From Methanobacteriota archaeon (GTDB taxonomy: Archaea; Thermoplasmatota; Poseidoniia; Poseidoniales; Poseidoniaceae): a stretch of 64,000 nucleotides of DNA. Every line of letters begins with the position of its first letter. Position 1 is the first letter of the stretch. Location of the stretch: positions 1,204 through 65,203 of the forward strand of contig JABJFI010000095.1 in assembly GCA_018662825.1 (NCBI GenBank), written 5' to 3'. Below are positions 48,506-57,843 of this stretch, in pieces. The translations under genes were made by a program, and so were the position numbers. The notes under the pieces are model-generated. The model ran no database searches, had not been told where the DNA came from, and saw only the letters and a program-made list of their open reading frames with translations.

Positions 48506-49027
48506 ATGAGCGATGACAAAATACTCCAAGGACCAATTGAAAAGTTACGCAGCGGCGACCTTGATGGCGCAATTGAAGAACTCGATGGAATGATGGGGAA
48601 TCACAAAACCAATGCAGAAGTCCATCACATGTATGCCGAATTTGCAAATATGAAAAATGCGGAAGCACAAGATGATGTCATTCCTGGCGGAAAAATCATG
48701 ATGGCTTACAAAAAAGCTATGCAATTGGATGAAGAGAATATGGAATACATCGGTGATTTCGCAACCTTTGCACTTGAATGTCGCCGTATTCCTGTCGCGG
48801 TAAAGGAATTTCAGCGCTATGCACGACGTCTAGAACTCGAAGACATTCCTGTCGATGAAATATTGTTTACAGCAAGTCGAAACATTGTCGATGCAATTGA
48901 AGTCATGGACCCAAGCAAGCAAAATCCAATGGTTCAACCATGGTTAAAGCAAGCACTCATTTGGTCCGTTGGTGGATTGGGATACTCACCGAAAGACGCT
49001 GCTGAAATGCTCATGCGTGAAGATTGA
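48506..49027 (+). CDS. Hypothetical helical (TPR-like?) protein
   Basis: 173-aa ORF, helical-looking composition, preceded by GAGAAAGAGG. No specific motif. Confidence 0.5.
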   Translation: MSDDKILQGPIEKLRSGDLDGAIEELDGMMGNHKTNAEVHHMYAEFANMKNAEAQDDVIPGGKIMMAYKKAMQLDEENMEYIGDFATFALECRRIPVAVKEFQRYARRLELEDIPVDEILFTASRNIVDAIEVMDPSKQNPMVQPWLKQALIWSVGGLGYSPKDAAEMLMRED

Positions 49028-49036
49028 GGTGAATGA

Positions 49037-49954
49037 ATGGCGAACCAGAGCGTTCGTCTCGCCTTTCGCATAGGCTATCTCGGTGATCAATATCATGGTA
49101 GTCAAATTCAACCCGATGTCAAAACAGTTCAGGGCGAATTGATTCGTGTGTTCAAAAGCCTAAAGTGGTTGGATTCTTCAAATACTGAGCACAATTTGGT
49201 ACTTTCCAGTAGAACCGATGCTGGGGTTCATGTGCGTCTAAATGGAGGCGTTGTCCGAATTGATAGGGAATTGTGGAATGCTTTAACACCTCGTAAAATG
49301 ATTCGGGCATTGGATGACCGTTTACCGAAAGATATTGCATTTCTTGATGTGCGTGAAGTAGATGAACAATGGAATCCGCGCTTGGCTAATTTTCGTGTCT
49401 ATCGTTATCGGCTTGAAGGGATTGAATTTTGGAAGTATCCAGGAAACCAATTTACGGATTGGCTCAAAATGTTTGAAGGCACATATAATGCTACAAATTT
49501 TGCTCGCCTTGAAGAAGGGAAGAATCCAATGCGAACAATTCTATCTTGTACACCTTGGGTTGTAGATGGACGAACTATTGGATTTGAAATCATAGGTGAG
49601 GCTTTTCTCTGGAACCAAGTTCGACGTACCGCTATGGCCTTGCATCGAATGTGCATTGGAGATTTAGAGCCAAGAGATGTGCTTGATGCAATTGAAAATC
49701 CAGATATTGAAGCCGATTTTGGCGTAGCCCCGCCCGACTGGCTTATTCTCTGGGGTGTTGATTGGGATGAGATGCAACTACCCGTTTCAAAGCAAGAAAT
49801 AACTCCTCTTACAGCACCCCCTTTAGGGCCTACAGTCGAGCGAACGATGAGAAAAAGGTGGAGGGAAGGGGCCCGGCACGAGCTTAAAAATCTCCTATAC
49901 CAAGAATGGGCAGACATTGGGGAATTGCCCATTGTCAAGCATTCGACATCATAA
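49037..49954 (+). CDS. truA: tRNA pseudouridine synthase A (TruA/Pus family)
   Basis: RIGYLGDQYHGSQIQP and SSRTDAGVHV (catalytic Asp), ...FLWNQVRR. Confidence 0.85.
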   Translation: MANQSVRLAFRIGYLGDQYHGSQIQPDVKTVQGELIRVFKSLKWLDSSNTEHNLVLSSRTDAGVHVRLNGGVVRIDRELWNALTPRKMIRALDDRLPKDIAFLDVREVDEQWNPRLANFRVYRYRLEGIEFWKYPGNQFTDWLKMFEGTYNATNFARLEEGKNPMRTILSCTPWVVDGRTIGFEIIGEAFLWNQVRRTAMALHRMCIGDLEPRDVLDAIENPDIEADFGVAPPDWLILWGVDWDEMQLPVSKQEITPLTAPPLGPTVERTMRKRWREGARHELKNLLYQEWADIGELPIVKHSTS

Positions 49955-50422
49955 TCATTTGACAAGAATCTGAATGACGTAATCGTCTTCGAGTGACAGT
50001 TTTTCACGTAAAAATGCGCAAGCAATAACTTCGACAACATCCGTATGGCGGGTAAGGTCGGGTATCAAAATAGCGCATTCAACAGTCATATCTCCGGATT
50101 CTAAAATTGCAGGAAAGGCAGTAGCACCACCGAAAGAAACACCATCACGCAAAAAACCACGAATACGATGAGCCTCATACATTGATACATCTAGTTGTGC
50201 TGCGGCAGAACGATCTTTGTCAGAAGCATCTAAAGTGTCAATACCGGATTTTTTACGTAGGGCAATATAATTCACCAAATCCTGACCTTGAATGGTAAGG
50301 TTCAGTGTCCCAGGCCAAGCAGTACCTCCAAGCATATGCTTGAATTGTTCTTGATAATGCGACTGTGCCATGAAGATATGCGCACGACCAAGTCCGCTAC
50401 TTACAGTTCCAGTCAGACGCAT
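49955..50422 (-). CDS. ribK: CTP-dependent riboflavin kinase (archaeal RibK, MJ0056 family)
   Basis: LTGTVSSGLGRAHIFMAQSHYQEQFKHMLGGTAWPGTLNLTI parallels G.V.SGLGeG.yF......Y...f...LGf.PypGTLN. Confidence 0.75.
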   Translation of the reverse strand: MRLTGTVSSGLGRAHIFMAQSHYQEQFKHMLGGTAWPGTLNLTIQGQDLVNYIALRKKSGIDTLDASDKDRSAAAQLDVSMYEAHRIRGFLRDGVSFGGATAFPAILESGDMTVECAILIPDLTRHTDVVEVIACAFLREKLSLEDDYVIQILVK

Positions 50423-50536
50423 GACACGCCCAATACCACCCCCTTTTTGAGTGCATGGTTGTGCTCATATGATTTCATCACTCATAGCCCGAAAGAACTT
50501 GAACGGTGAACCAATGGGTTCTGCTAGGGAGCGCAT

Positions 50537-51718
50537 ATGCCTGGTGACATGACGTGGATGAAAACTCGATTTGATGAACTTTCAGAAAAATCTCTTCTCT
50601 GGGAGCCACCGACACTCGAAAGCCCGAATCAACCCCGATGTCGCATGGACGGAAAACCTACCATTATGCTTTCAGCAAACAACTACCTTAACCTCACTAC
50701 CCATCCAAAAGTCAAGCAAGCCATGCTTGATGCTACCAATAAATATGGTGCTGGGAGTGGAAGTGTTCGTGCTATTGCAGGTACTATGGATATTCATTTG
50801 GAAGCCGAAGAAAAGGTTGCTGAATTCAAAGGCGTAGAGGCATCTCTAATTTATTCGGCTGGATATACCGTCAATGTCGGGCTTATTCCGACCTTGGTAA
50901 CCGGGCCTCAAGATGTAATTATCAGCGATTCTCTCAATCACGGCTCCATCATTGATGGTGTTCGTTTGACCAAGGCAAGCCGGGGCGTTTATGCTCACAA
51001 TGACATGGGTGAGTTAGAAGCTGTCCTTCAGGCACACGATAGCGCCGAAAGAAAACTCATCATTACCGACGGCGTATTTTCTATGGATGGTGACATCGCT
51101 CCATTGGACGAAGTGACCAAGTTGGCCGAAGAATATGGGGCAATGGTCTATGTTGACGATTGTCATGGAGAAGGGGTACTCGGAGAGAAAGGTGCCGGCA
51201 TTGTTGCCCATTTCAATCTCCAAGGTAAAGTCGATTTTGAAACGGGTTCGTTTTCCAAAGCACTTGGGGTTCAAGGTGGTATTCTTGCTGGAACTGAGAT
51301 GACTCGTACCCATGCATTGAATCATTCTCGCTCATGGCTTCTATCAGGCTCTCAGCCGCCGGGTGTTGCAGCAGCTCAAAAGGCGGCGATTGAAGTGTTG
51401 ATGGATGAACCTCAACATCATGCTCGACTTTGGGAAAATACCGATTACTTCCGGAAAGAATTACAATCTCTTGGATTTGACACAGGCGATTCAGTCACAC
51501 CCATTATTCCAGTGATGTGTGGCGAATCAAGTGTTGCCAAAGAGATGACAAAAGCGCTCGGAAAAGAAGGTGTCATGGCAGGAGCAATTGTATTCCCAAT
51601 GGTTGCCCGTGACAAAGCCAGAATTCGAACACAAATGTCAGCAGGACTGAGTCGAGAAGATTTGGATGAAGTTCTTCGCCTGTTTGAGAAGGTAGGCCCG
51701 ACATTGGACTTGATCTGA
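50537..51718 (+). CDS. kbl: 2-amino-3-ketobutyrate CoA ligase (glycine C-acetyltransferase; alpha-oxoamine synthase family)
   Basis: SANNYLNL, IISDSLNHGSIIDGVRL, ITDGVFSMDGDIAPL, DDCHGEG, SFSKALG (PLP Lys), ARIRTQMSA. Closely parallels E. coli Kbl. BioF cannot be fully excluded. Confidence 0.78.
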   Translation: MPGDMTWMKTRFDELSEKSLLWEPPTLESPNQPRCRMDGKPTIMLSANNYLNLTTHPKVKQAMLDATNKYGAGSGSVRAIAGTMDIHLEAEEKVAEFKGVEASLIYSAGYTVNVGLIPTLVTGPQDVIISDSLNHGSIIDGVRLTKASRGVYAHNDMGELEAVLQAHDSAERKLIITDGVFSMDGDIAPLDEVTKLAEEYGAMVYVDDCHGEGVLGEKGAGIVAHFNLQGKVDFETGSFSKALGVQGGILAGTEMTRTHALNHSRSWLLSGSQPPGVAAAQKAAIEVLMDEPQHHARLWENTDYFRKELQSLGFDTGDSVTPIIPVMCGESSVAKEMTKALGKEGVMAGAIVFPMVARDKARIRTQMSAGLSREDLDEVLRLFEKVGPTLDLI

Positions 51719-51720
51719 AC

Positions 51721-52332
51721 TCATTCATCTTCAAGTGCATTGACAACAGACAGCAACTCTTCGTCACCATCAGCGATTTCTTCCGCGCCATTGGAGTCCT
51801 CTACAAAACTCATATCCATTGCTTCAAAAGGATTGATTCCATCTTCGAGTTGGCAGAGTAAGCGCCAACGTGGAGCCCACGAAAGATGGACATACATCGG
51901 GCCGGGAAGTAAGAGTAAGAGCCAAATTAATCCCGCTGGAAGTGTCAATATTCCTGTTTGAGAAATCGTTAACAAACCAAATCCAACAAATGGCATTGGA
52001 TAGAGAATTGAACGAGGCGGCGTTACAGGGAAACGCTTTGAGATACTAACGATGATTAAAGAAAGCATACCTAGAAGAAGGCAAGCGGCTATGATGAGGG
52101 CAGAATGGAACACCCAATTGGTGAACCAACTGCTAGATTCATTGCCAAATCGGTAAGGCAGAAGCAAAGCGAGTGAAACCAAAAGGCCGTAAAATGCTGA
52201 AATATTTGATGGATGCGAAAGCCAAAGTGGTAATGTGGTGAAGCGTCGAGAAAGAGATGTACCTAAGAGCGTTTCCCGTTCTTTTGAACCGAGACCATCA
52301 AGGTGACCTTGCCATCTACTAGTGGATTCCAC
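51721..52332 (-). CDS. Hypothetical polytopic membrane protein with acidic C-terminus
   Basis: 4-5 hydrophobic helices. No motif recognised. Confidence 0.45.
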   Translation of the reverse strand: MESTSRWQGHLDGLGSKERETLLGTSLSRRFTTLPLWLSHPSNISAFYGLLVSLALLLPYRFGNESSSWFTNWVFHSALIIAACLLLGMLSLIIVSISKRFPVTPPRSILYPMPFVGFGLLTISQTGILTLPAGLIWLLLLLPGPMYVHLSWAPRWRLLCQLEDGINPFEAMDMSFVEDSNGAEEIADGDEELLSVVNALEDE

Positions 52333-52391
52333 GTTCTGCGGTAGAGGTTTAGGCTTTCAATGTAAAGGCTCAATTTACAAAGAAACATTAG

Positions 52392-53078
52392 TTATTCTCT
52401 GCGAAATTTACTAATCAACCCTTCAGGCTCAATTTCGATTGAATCCTGTTCCTCAAGCCATGAACGTTCAAGAAGTCCTGAATCTTGCTGCTCTCGTTCA
52501 CGGGCAGACTCGATTGAATCTTCGGTACCATTTACTGCATCGCGCAGTGCAATGGCCTGATTTATGAGCATGACATAGCGTTTCAGTACTGGATGTGTTT
52601 CGGGTAATGAACTGAAATGCCCGATGGGCGCATAGGTGTCGTCGTCACGAATTAGAATAGAGCCTCCTACCAATTCATCTACGGTTAATCGAACTCTTCC
52701 TTCACCCACATCACCCCATGTTCCATCTGAAAACTTTACCATTACAACCGCCGCACCAAGACCAAGGTCGTCCATAAATGGATGATTCATATTAACGGCC
52801 AAAGGTACTTGGAGCATTGGAGACTTCAGATAGATGAAGTAAGCGCCAATTGAACCAATGAATACGAGTCCAATAGCGGCGAGGAGACTACTACCCAAAG
52901 AGATGTTACTTTGAGAGAAGCCCATACTCTCAGAGAGAAACGACAGTAGACCAGCAAAGAGAACCAAATAGATGAAAAGAATACCAAGAAATCGGTACAC
53001 GAATGGTCGTGCGATATCCAAGGAATTGAAGCGTCGCATTTCAACAGACAATTCGCCTCGCGTCTCGCCCATATTCAA
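52392..53078 (-). CDS. Hypothetical two-TM membrane protein with cytoplasmic beta-rich domain
   Basis: TMs FLGILFIYLVLFAGLLSFL and LLAAIGLVFIGSIGAYFIYL, then a soluble domain. Divergent from the 53243 operon. Confidence 0.5.
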   Translation of the reverse strand: MNMGETRGELSVEMRRFNSLDIARPFVYRFLGILFIYLVLFAGLLSFLSESMGFSQSNISLGSSLLAAIGLVFIGSIGAYFIYLKSPMLQVPLAVNMNHPFMDDLGLGAAVVMVKFSDGTWGDVGEGRVRLTVDELVGGSILIRDDDTYAPIGHFSSLPETHPVLKRYVMLINQAIALRDAVNGTEDSIESAREREQQDSGLLERSWLEEQDSIEIEPEGLISKFRRE

Positions 53079-53242
53079 CCATCACCTTGCCGTCTTTCAA
53101 CTTCACGGTGATTTGTCAGAACATAAAAGAGAAATTAAGTCGGCTCACCAAACTGATGAAAGAAAAGACCCATTCTGTGTTCATTCGAGCCGCACCTTTC
53201 AAGAAGTGCCAAGTGAGCATCACCCCGTAGGGGTGGGGAAAT

Positions 53243-55240
53243 ATGGTTGAACTACCGCAGGGAGATGTTACAGAAGTTCGCCGTGGCGGACCCGAATCTT
53301 TGCAAATATTGTCAACGGATATAGCCCGTTTAGGGACCACTGGATATATCCGAATCGAGCGGCGCCCAAAAGAGCAAATGCCCCGCATTGGCCACATAGC
53401 ATTTCTAGAAGGTAAACCGATGTTTGCTTTGCATGAAGCAGATGCAATTGCAATGTCACTTGAGGCCTTACTGGACATTGAAAGCGATGCTGCACTTCTT
53501 GATGCTTTGCTCGCCATTCATGAATTGCCAATTCCTGATTTGAATCAATTACTCAGTCTTCACCAAGAAGCGCATTTCCAAATCGATGACCAATCTGAGC
53601 AAAACGATAACGGGCATCAATGGTGGTCTAAATCGAAATTGCGAACAAGTTCTTGGCGACGTCAAGAACGCTTACCTGAACTGGAAGTTGTAGTTGAAGC
53701 TCCAGAGGTGATTCGCCAGCGAAGTAAAGCACTACTTCAGCGATTTGAAGGAATAGAAAAAATGTTGCGCCCCGGTGATGCATATTTTTTCGACTCCAAT
53801 GACCCTGCACCCCTATTCGATCTTGCTGGCCACTTAGCCGTTCATGGCCGCCCCTTGTTCGTACTTGCACGGCACGATATTGAGGCACTCAATGTAGAAC
53901 ATAACATCCCAATTGCATCGAGTTCGTGGTTATCTCAAAACGGCGACGTCCGCTCTACTGAGCCCGCATTAGAAAACATTCGTCGCAAAATAGATGCATT
54001 TCTTTGGGAAAATCTCCGGGCCGTAGTGGTTCTCGAAGGTGTAGAATATCTTGCCAGCCTCCATGGGGATGACCTCGTCGTTAATTTCCTTAGAGATATT
54101 GTTGATGGAGTGCGTCTTGAGGACCATGTGTTCTTGGCAACTGGAGATTTTAATGCGTTCCCTCTAACGACGCGCCAACATTTGTCACGTTACATGACTG
54201 ACCTTGAATCATCGGTATTGGAACATTGGAATCTTGAACCTGACCTCATACTCGACCACCCGCTATGTGCGCCTCCAAGTGAAGAAGAGACGAAATGGAT
54301 TGAACAACAATTACAATTAGCAATTTCCGACTCGAATCCAGGTGATCTTTCTCCACAAAGTACGGTATTCGGAACGATGGAAGGTGGCCTTGAAACTCCA
54401 GATTCTGAAGATATTTTGGCTGCAACAGAATCGCTTGATAATGTGATACGTGAATGGTCTCAACCCGCAGCAATTGACCCTCAAGAGGTCATACAGTCGG
54501 AACAAGAAATATCGATTGCCGTTTCAGGCCCTCTAGAGGGAGAACAAACTCATCAAAACGAGATACCTGCTCCTCAACAAGGTGCTGATTCGATAGATGA
54601 AAAGGAACAGGACATTATTCAAACAGAAGCAAAGCAGAAGGCCGAACCTATCGAAATCCCCGTTGTACAAATCGCCAAGGACGTTGAAAAAATAATTGCA
54701 CCACGAACTGCACAGCGTATCCGACGTCGCCGAAAAACCCCCACTCATCGAACCAAACCCCGTAATCAACAGGGAATACAGGCGGCAGTTGTGCAGGCCA
54801 TTGAGGCAAAAGAGTTGAAGGGTATTGAAAGTGAATATTCAAGTCGGCGAAGTGGCTTTTCCAAATCACTTGAAGCGTATGCAAATCGCCAAGAGAGGGC
54901 TGTTGAAAATATGCGTGTTAGAGCAACAGCAAAAAGTGACTCCTCACTCAATGATGCAACTCGCCAACACATCAATCGCCAAGAATTGAATCTCCCTGAA
55001 ACACCCCTCCCTAATCGTTCTCTTGAATCAGTGAAGGGCCGACAACCCGTCAATACCCAGACAATACTCACACCTCTAATGGCCCGTCCCGGTGCGTCAA
55101 GTTCAACGCCATCAAAGGATGTCATACGCGAGTCGGCTTCACGTCAACAGTCCGAATCGACCATTGAATCAAAACTCAGCATATGGGAGATTGAAGACCG
55201 TGAACGATTGAGAAAGGAAGCGGAGGGTACGAAGAAATGA
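53243..55240 (+). CDS. DUF835-like domain protein (N-terminal about 100-aa domain, DUF835-like core at aa ~176-322, long charged low-complexity tail)
   Basis: GDAYFFDSNDPAPLFDL...GRPLFVLARHD...SSWLS...EPALENIRRKIDAFLWENLRAVVVLEGVEYLASLHGDDLVVNFLRDIVDGV...FLATGDFNAF matches my memory of archaeal DUF835 (G.sylv......glcitR..P....WLs....P..L.....i..F.....vvlldglEYL...ngF..vlkFl..l.d). Confidence 0.6.
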   Translation: MVELPQGDVTEVRRGGPESLQILSTDIARLGTTGYIRIERRPKEQMPRIGHIAFLEGKPMFALHEADAIAMSLEALLDIESDAALLDALLAIHELPIPDLNQLLSLHQEAHFQIDDQSEQNDNGHQWWSKSKLRTSSWRRQERLPELEVVVEAPEVIRQRSKALLQRFEGIEKMLRPGDAYFFDSNDPAPLFDLAGHLAVHGRPLFVLARHDIEALNVEHNIPIASSSWLSQNGDVRSTEPALENIRRKIDAFLWENLRAVVVLEGVEYLASLHGDDLVVNFLRDIVDGVRLEDHVFLATGDFNAFPLTTRQHLSRYMTDLESSVLEHWNLEPDLILDHPLCAPPSEEETKWIEQQLQLAISDSNPGDLSPQSTVFGTMEGGLETPDSEDILAATESLDNVIREWSQPAAIDPQEVIQSEQEISIAVSGPLEGEQTHQNEIPAPQQGADSIDEKEQDIIQTEAKQKAEPIEIPVVQIAKDVEKIIAPRTAQRIRRRRKTPTHRTKPRNQQGIQAAVVQAIEAKELKGIESEYSSRRSGFSKSLEAYANRQERAVENMRVRATAKSDSSLNDATRQHINRQELNLPETPLPNRSLESVKGRQPVNTQTILTPLMARPGASSSTPSKDVIRESASRQQSESTIESKLSIWEIEDRERLRKEAEGTKK

Positions 55241-57273
55241 GTGTTCGTCGAGAAAAATTAGCTCTTGCACTAGAACTTGCGAAGCAGCGACTCAATGTAT
55301 CGGATTCTGGAATAAATAGGATTTCATCGTCTCCAAAAACAGAATCCGAGCAACCGAAATCAAAAATGAACCGGCTGCTCGGAAAGAACGATGCCAGGGA
55401 TAGCCGGCAAGGCACATTACTGCAAAGAACCAGGGTTGTCGAACGTCCAACATTTGATTTAGTTGCAGACAATGTATTAGGTAAGGAAAGCAAACAACGC
55501 AGACCAACGATTCAACTCACCTCGAACGGGGATTCTCTCGCAGATATCGCGGCACGTAGAATTCGCTCACTACGGCAACGCACGTTTGAACAAATAGAGC
55601 GGCAGGGCGATGAAGAAATTGAAGACGGTTACTTTGGGATGGAGGATGATGGACGACCTGTGTGGGAAAGTATTCTCGATGAACATCGTGGGAGAACTGT
55701 TCCGTCCTTAGCACCAGAATTTGCCCCTGTTGAATCAAACTCTCCTTTTCACCATGATGTCATCATTCCAATCGAGGGAAATTGGCCTCAGCGTTTACGT
55801 CCAGAGACTCGAATGAGTTTCAAGCAATGGTTCACCACTGAAGGTAATATTAGAGCCACTCAAGCTGCTGAAGCAATTGTAGACACGCCTGGTGGCCCGT
55901 TAAATCCAATGCTCTTTATTGGTGCATCAGAAACGGGATGTTCACATCTATTACATGCCACTGCTCAAGCTGTTCTTCGACGTCAAGAAGGAAACGTTCA
56001 TCTCCTCTCCGCTGCTGATTTTTCGGGATTGGAACACCTTCCCGAAGGCTGGCAAGATTCACTGGCAAATGCAAGAATGCTTGCTCTAGATGATGTTCAC
56101 GAATATGCTGACAATGCCAATTTGGCTCATGAAATTGGCACCATGGTTGATTATGCACTCAATATGGGAGTTCATGTAATTCTTTCTTCACATTCGGAAC
56201 CACAGACTTGGCCAACATCCCGATTATGGGAATTAACTAGGCATGCGGCTTCTGTACATCTTGGCATTCCAAAACCCGCCAGTATGGTGTTGTACGCACG
56301 AAATTTGGCTCAGAAAAAGGGATTATTGCTAGATGATGGACAACTTGCAAGCATTGTATTGCAGGACTCTGTCGGTTGGCGTGCAACAAAAGCCAACTTC
56401 GACTTGGTTGCTCTTGCTCTTCAATCAGGACGTGAAGTTCTTGATGGAGATGATGTGACTACACTTCTCTCAAACCTTGTCGAAGACGATATCGTTGTGC
56501 CAATTGAACGAGAAAATGTTGAAGATATCGCTACTCGGCTGATTTCTAACGCTGTCGATACCGTTTACAGTGACAGCGTACATGGAGGAATCGACCTATA
56601 TTCAGAACTTCCAGAAATTGGAGGTGACGCGTATCAGCCCCCCGAACTCGATATTGCTGCAATGACCCAGAATGCAGATGAAAGACATGCTGCTCACCTC
56701 AAAATTGCACTGGAAGACACTGCTCCTGCTGCACCGTCAGTCTTAGCACTCCATGAACGCGATGAACACCTCATCACCCGTAAAGGCCATATTGAAGAGC
56801 AAGATTATGGCCGTGCTGCCGACATTCTTACCGATTTAGATGAGGCGTTTGATACTCAAATCAATGCTTTTGAACATGATTTACGTCAAAGTTCATTGCA
56901 ACTTGCAAACATCGAACACACATTGATGAATCTTCATGAACGGACGCCTGATGCATCAATGGACGAATTAATTTCGATTGCGGATGAATTAAGAGCATTA
57001 GAAGAAAATCTCACTGAATTTGACCCCGAACGTGAACCTTGGCCACAGATGGAGGAGGATACAATTCAAAAGAAACCGCGGCGAAGAGTTGCCCGACGAA
57101 AAGGCAAATCTCGCGAGAAAACTTTGGAAAGCCATGAACCTGAAGGCGAATGGAATATTGATGCACAAAAAGTAGACATGCTGGATTTACTTGAAGGAGA
57201 ATCGGTGGGTCGAACAATTCGGCTTGGTCGAATCAAAGCAGTCAATTCACCCGTTCTAGGTGAAGAAGAATGA
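55237..57273 (+). CDS. DnaA/Hda-like AAA+ domain protein with lysine-less Walker A, disordered N-terminus and acidic coiled-coil C-terminus
   Basis: aa 193-411: MSFKQWFTTEGNIRATQAAEAIVDTPGGPLNPMLFIGASETGCSHLLHA / ARMLALDDVHEY / GVHVILSSHSEP / TSRLWELTRHAASVHLGIPKP / lid KKGLLLDDGQLASIVL. Colinear with DnaA domain III and E. coli Hda (GAGRSHLLHA). Confidence 0.55.
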   Translation: MSVRREKLALALELAKQRLNVSDSGINRISSSPKTESEQPKSKMNRLLGKNDARDSRQGTLLQRTRVVERPTFDLVADNVLGKESKQRRPTIQLTSNGDSLADIAARRIRSLRQRTFEQIERQGDEEIEDGYFGMEDDGRPVWESILDEHRGRTVPSLAPEFAPVESNSPFHHDVIIPIEGNWPQRLRPETRMSFKQWFTTEGNIRATQAAEAIVDTPGGPLNPMLFIGASETGCSHLLHATAQAVLRRQEGNVHLLSAADFSGLEHLPEGWQDSLANARMLALDDVHEYADNANLAHEIGTMVDYALNMGVHVILSSHSEPQTWPTSRLWELTRHAASVHLGIPKPASMVLYARNLAQKKGLLLDDGQLASIVLQDSVGWRATKANFDLVALALQSGREVLDGDDVTTLLSNLVEDDIVVPIERENVEDIATRLISNAVDTVYSDSVHGGIDLYSELPEIGGDAYQPPELDIAAMTQNADERHAAHLKIALEDTAPAAPSVLALHERDEHLITRKGHIEEQDYGRAADILTDLDEAFDTQINAFEHDLRQSSLQLANIEHTLMNLHERTPDASMDELISIADELRALEENLTEFDPEREPWPQMEEDTIQKKPRRRVARRKGKSREKTLESHEPEGEWNIDAQKVDMLDLLEGESVGRTIRLGRIKAVNSPVLGEEE

Positions 57274-57737
57274 GAGCACCTTGGTGGATGAAAGGTGTTG
57301 GCTTTTCCTGTCAAGCGAATTGTGGCAAATGTTGTGATGAGCCGGGTGGAATTGTCTATCTCTCTGTTACCGATGCTGAACGAATCTCCTCCGAAAATGG
57401 CTTGGATGTCGCTGAATGGCTAGAACGTGATTGCCGTCAAACCCTCGATGGAAGATACATACTGAAAAGTCGGCCTGTAGACGATGTTTGCATCTATTTG
57501 GACGATAACAAACAATGTATGATCTATTCATCGCGTCCTCAACAGTGTGCTGCATTCCCATGGTGGGGTGAAAATTTGGCAACTGAACGAGCCTGGAATA
57601 AGGTAAAAGATGAATGCCCCGGACTTACAGCAGATGATGCTATTATCATCGAAGGTGAAACGATTAGAATCCATGTTTTTGCTGACCGAGAGTCGACCAA
57701 AGGGTTCCGTTCTTGGCCGCCTTGGAACAAAAGATAG
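57270..57737 (+). CDS. YkgJ/UPF0153-family CxxCxxCC zinc/iron-chelating protein
   Basis: FSCQANCGKCCDEPGG N-terminal motif plus a later Cys (DDVCIYLDDNKQCMIY...CAAFP). ATGA overlap with the preceding gene. Confidence 0.7.
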   Translation: MRAPWWMKGVGFSCQANCGKCCDEPGGIVYLSVTDAERISSENGLDVAEWLERDCRQTLDGRYILKSRPVDDVCIYLDDNKQCMIYSSRPQQCAAFPWWGENLATERAWNKVKDECPGLTADDAIIIEGETIRIHVFADRESTKGFRSWPPWNKR

Positions 57738-57843
57738 ATATTGAAAATACTCAAAATTCCTTTACTTACGATGCTCAAATATTGTATATAGAGGAGCCGA
57801 CTTTATACGAAAGGGGTATGTGGGGGGTATCGAGGGGGATTCA

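Noticed and set aside
3707-49954. Apparent enrichment of RNA-modification genes (cbf5, truD, truA, rlmE, tgtA)
   Set aside because: They are scattered over 46 kb on different strands among unrelated housekeeping genes. This is normal core-genome content, not a cluster.
49405-50040. 211-aa minus-strand ORF overlapping truA and ribK
   Set aside because: It is a shadow ORF. truA (RTDAGVH) and ribK motifs occupy the region on their own frames. The 211-aa frame is Ser/Arg-rich with no motif.
53079-57737. Possible replication origin next to the DnaA/Hda-like gene
   Set aside because: There is no Orc1/Cdc6 gene, no extended AT-rich spacer and no repeated ORB-like or DnaA-box-like elements visible in the flanking intergenic regions. 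I also found no PIP box (Qxx[LIM]xx[FY][FY]) in the protein.
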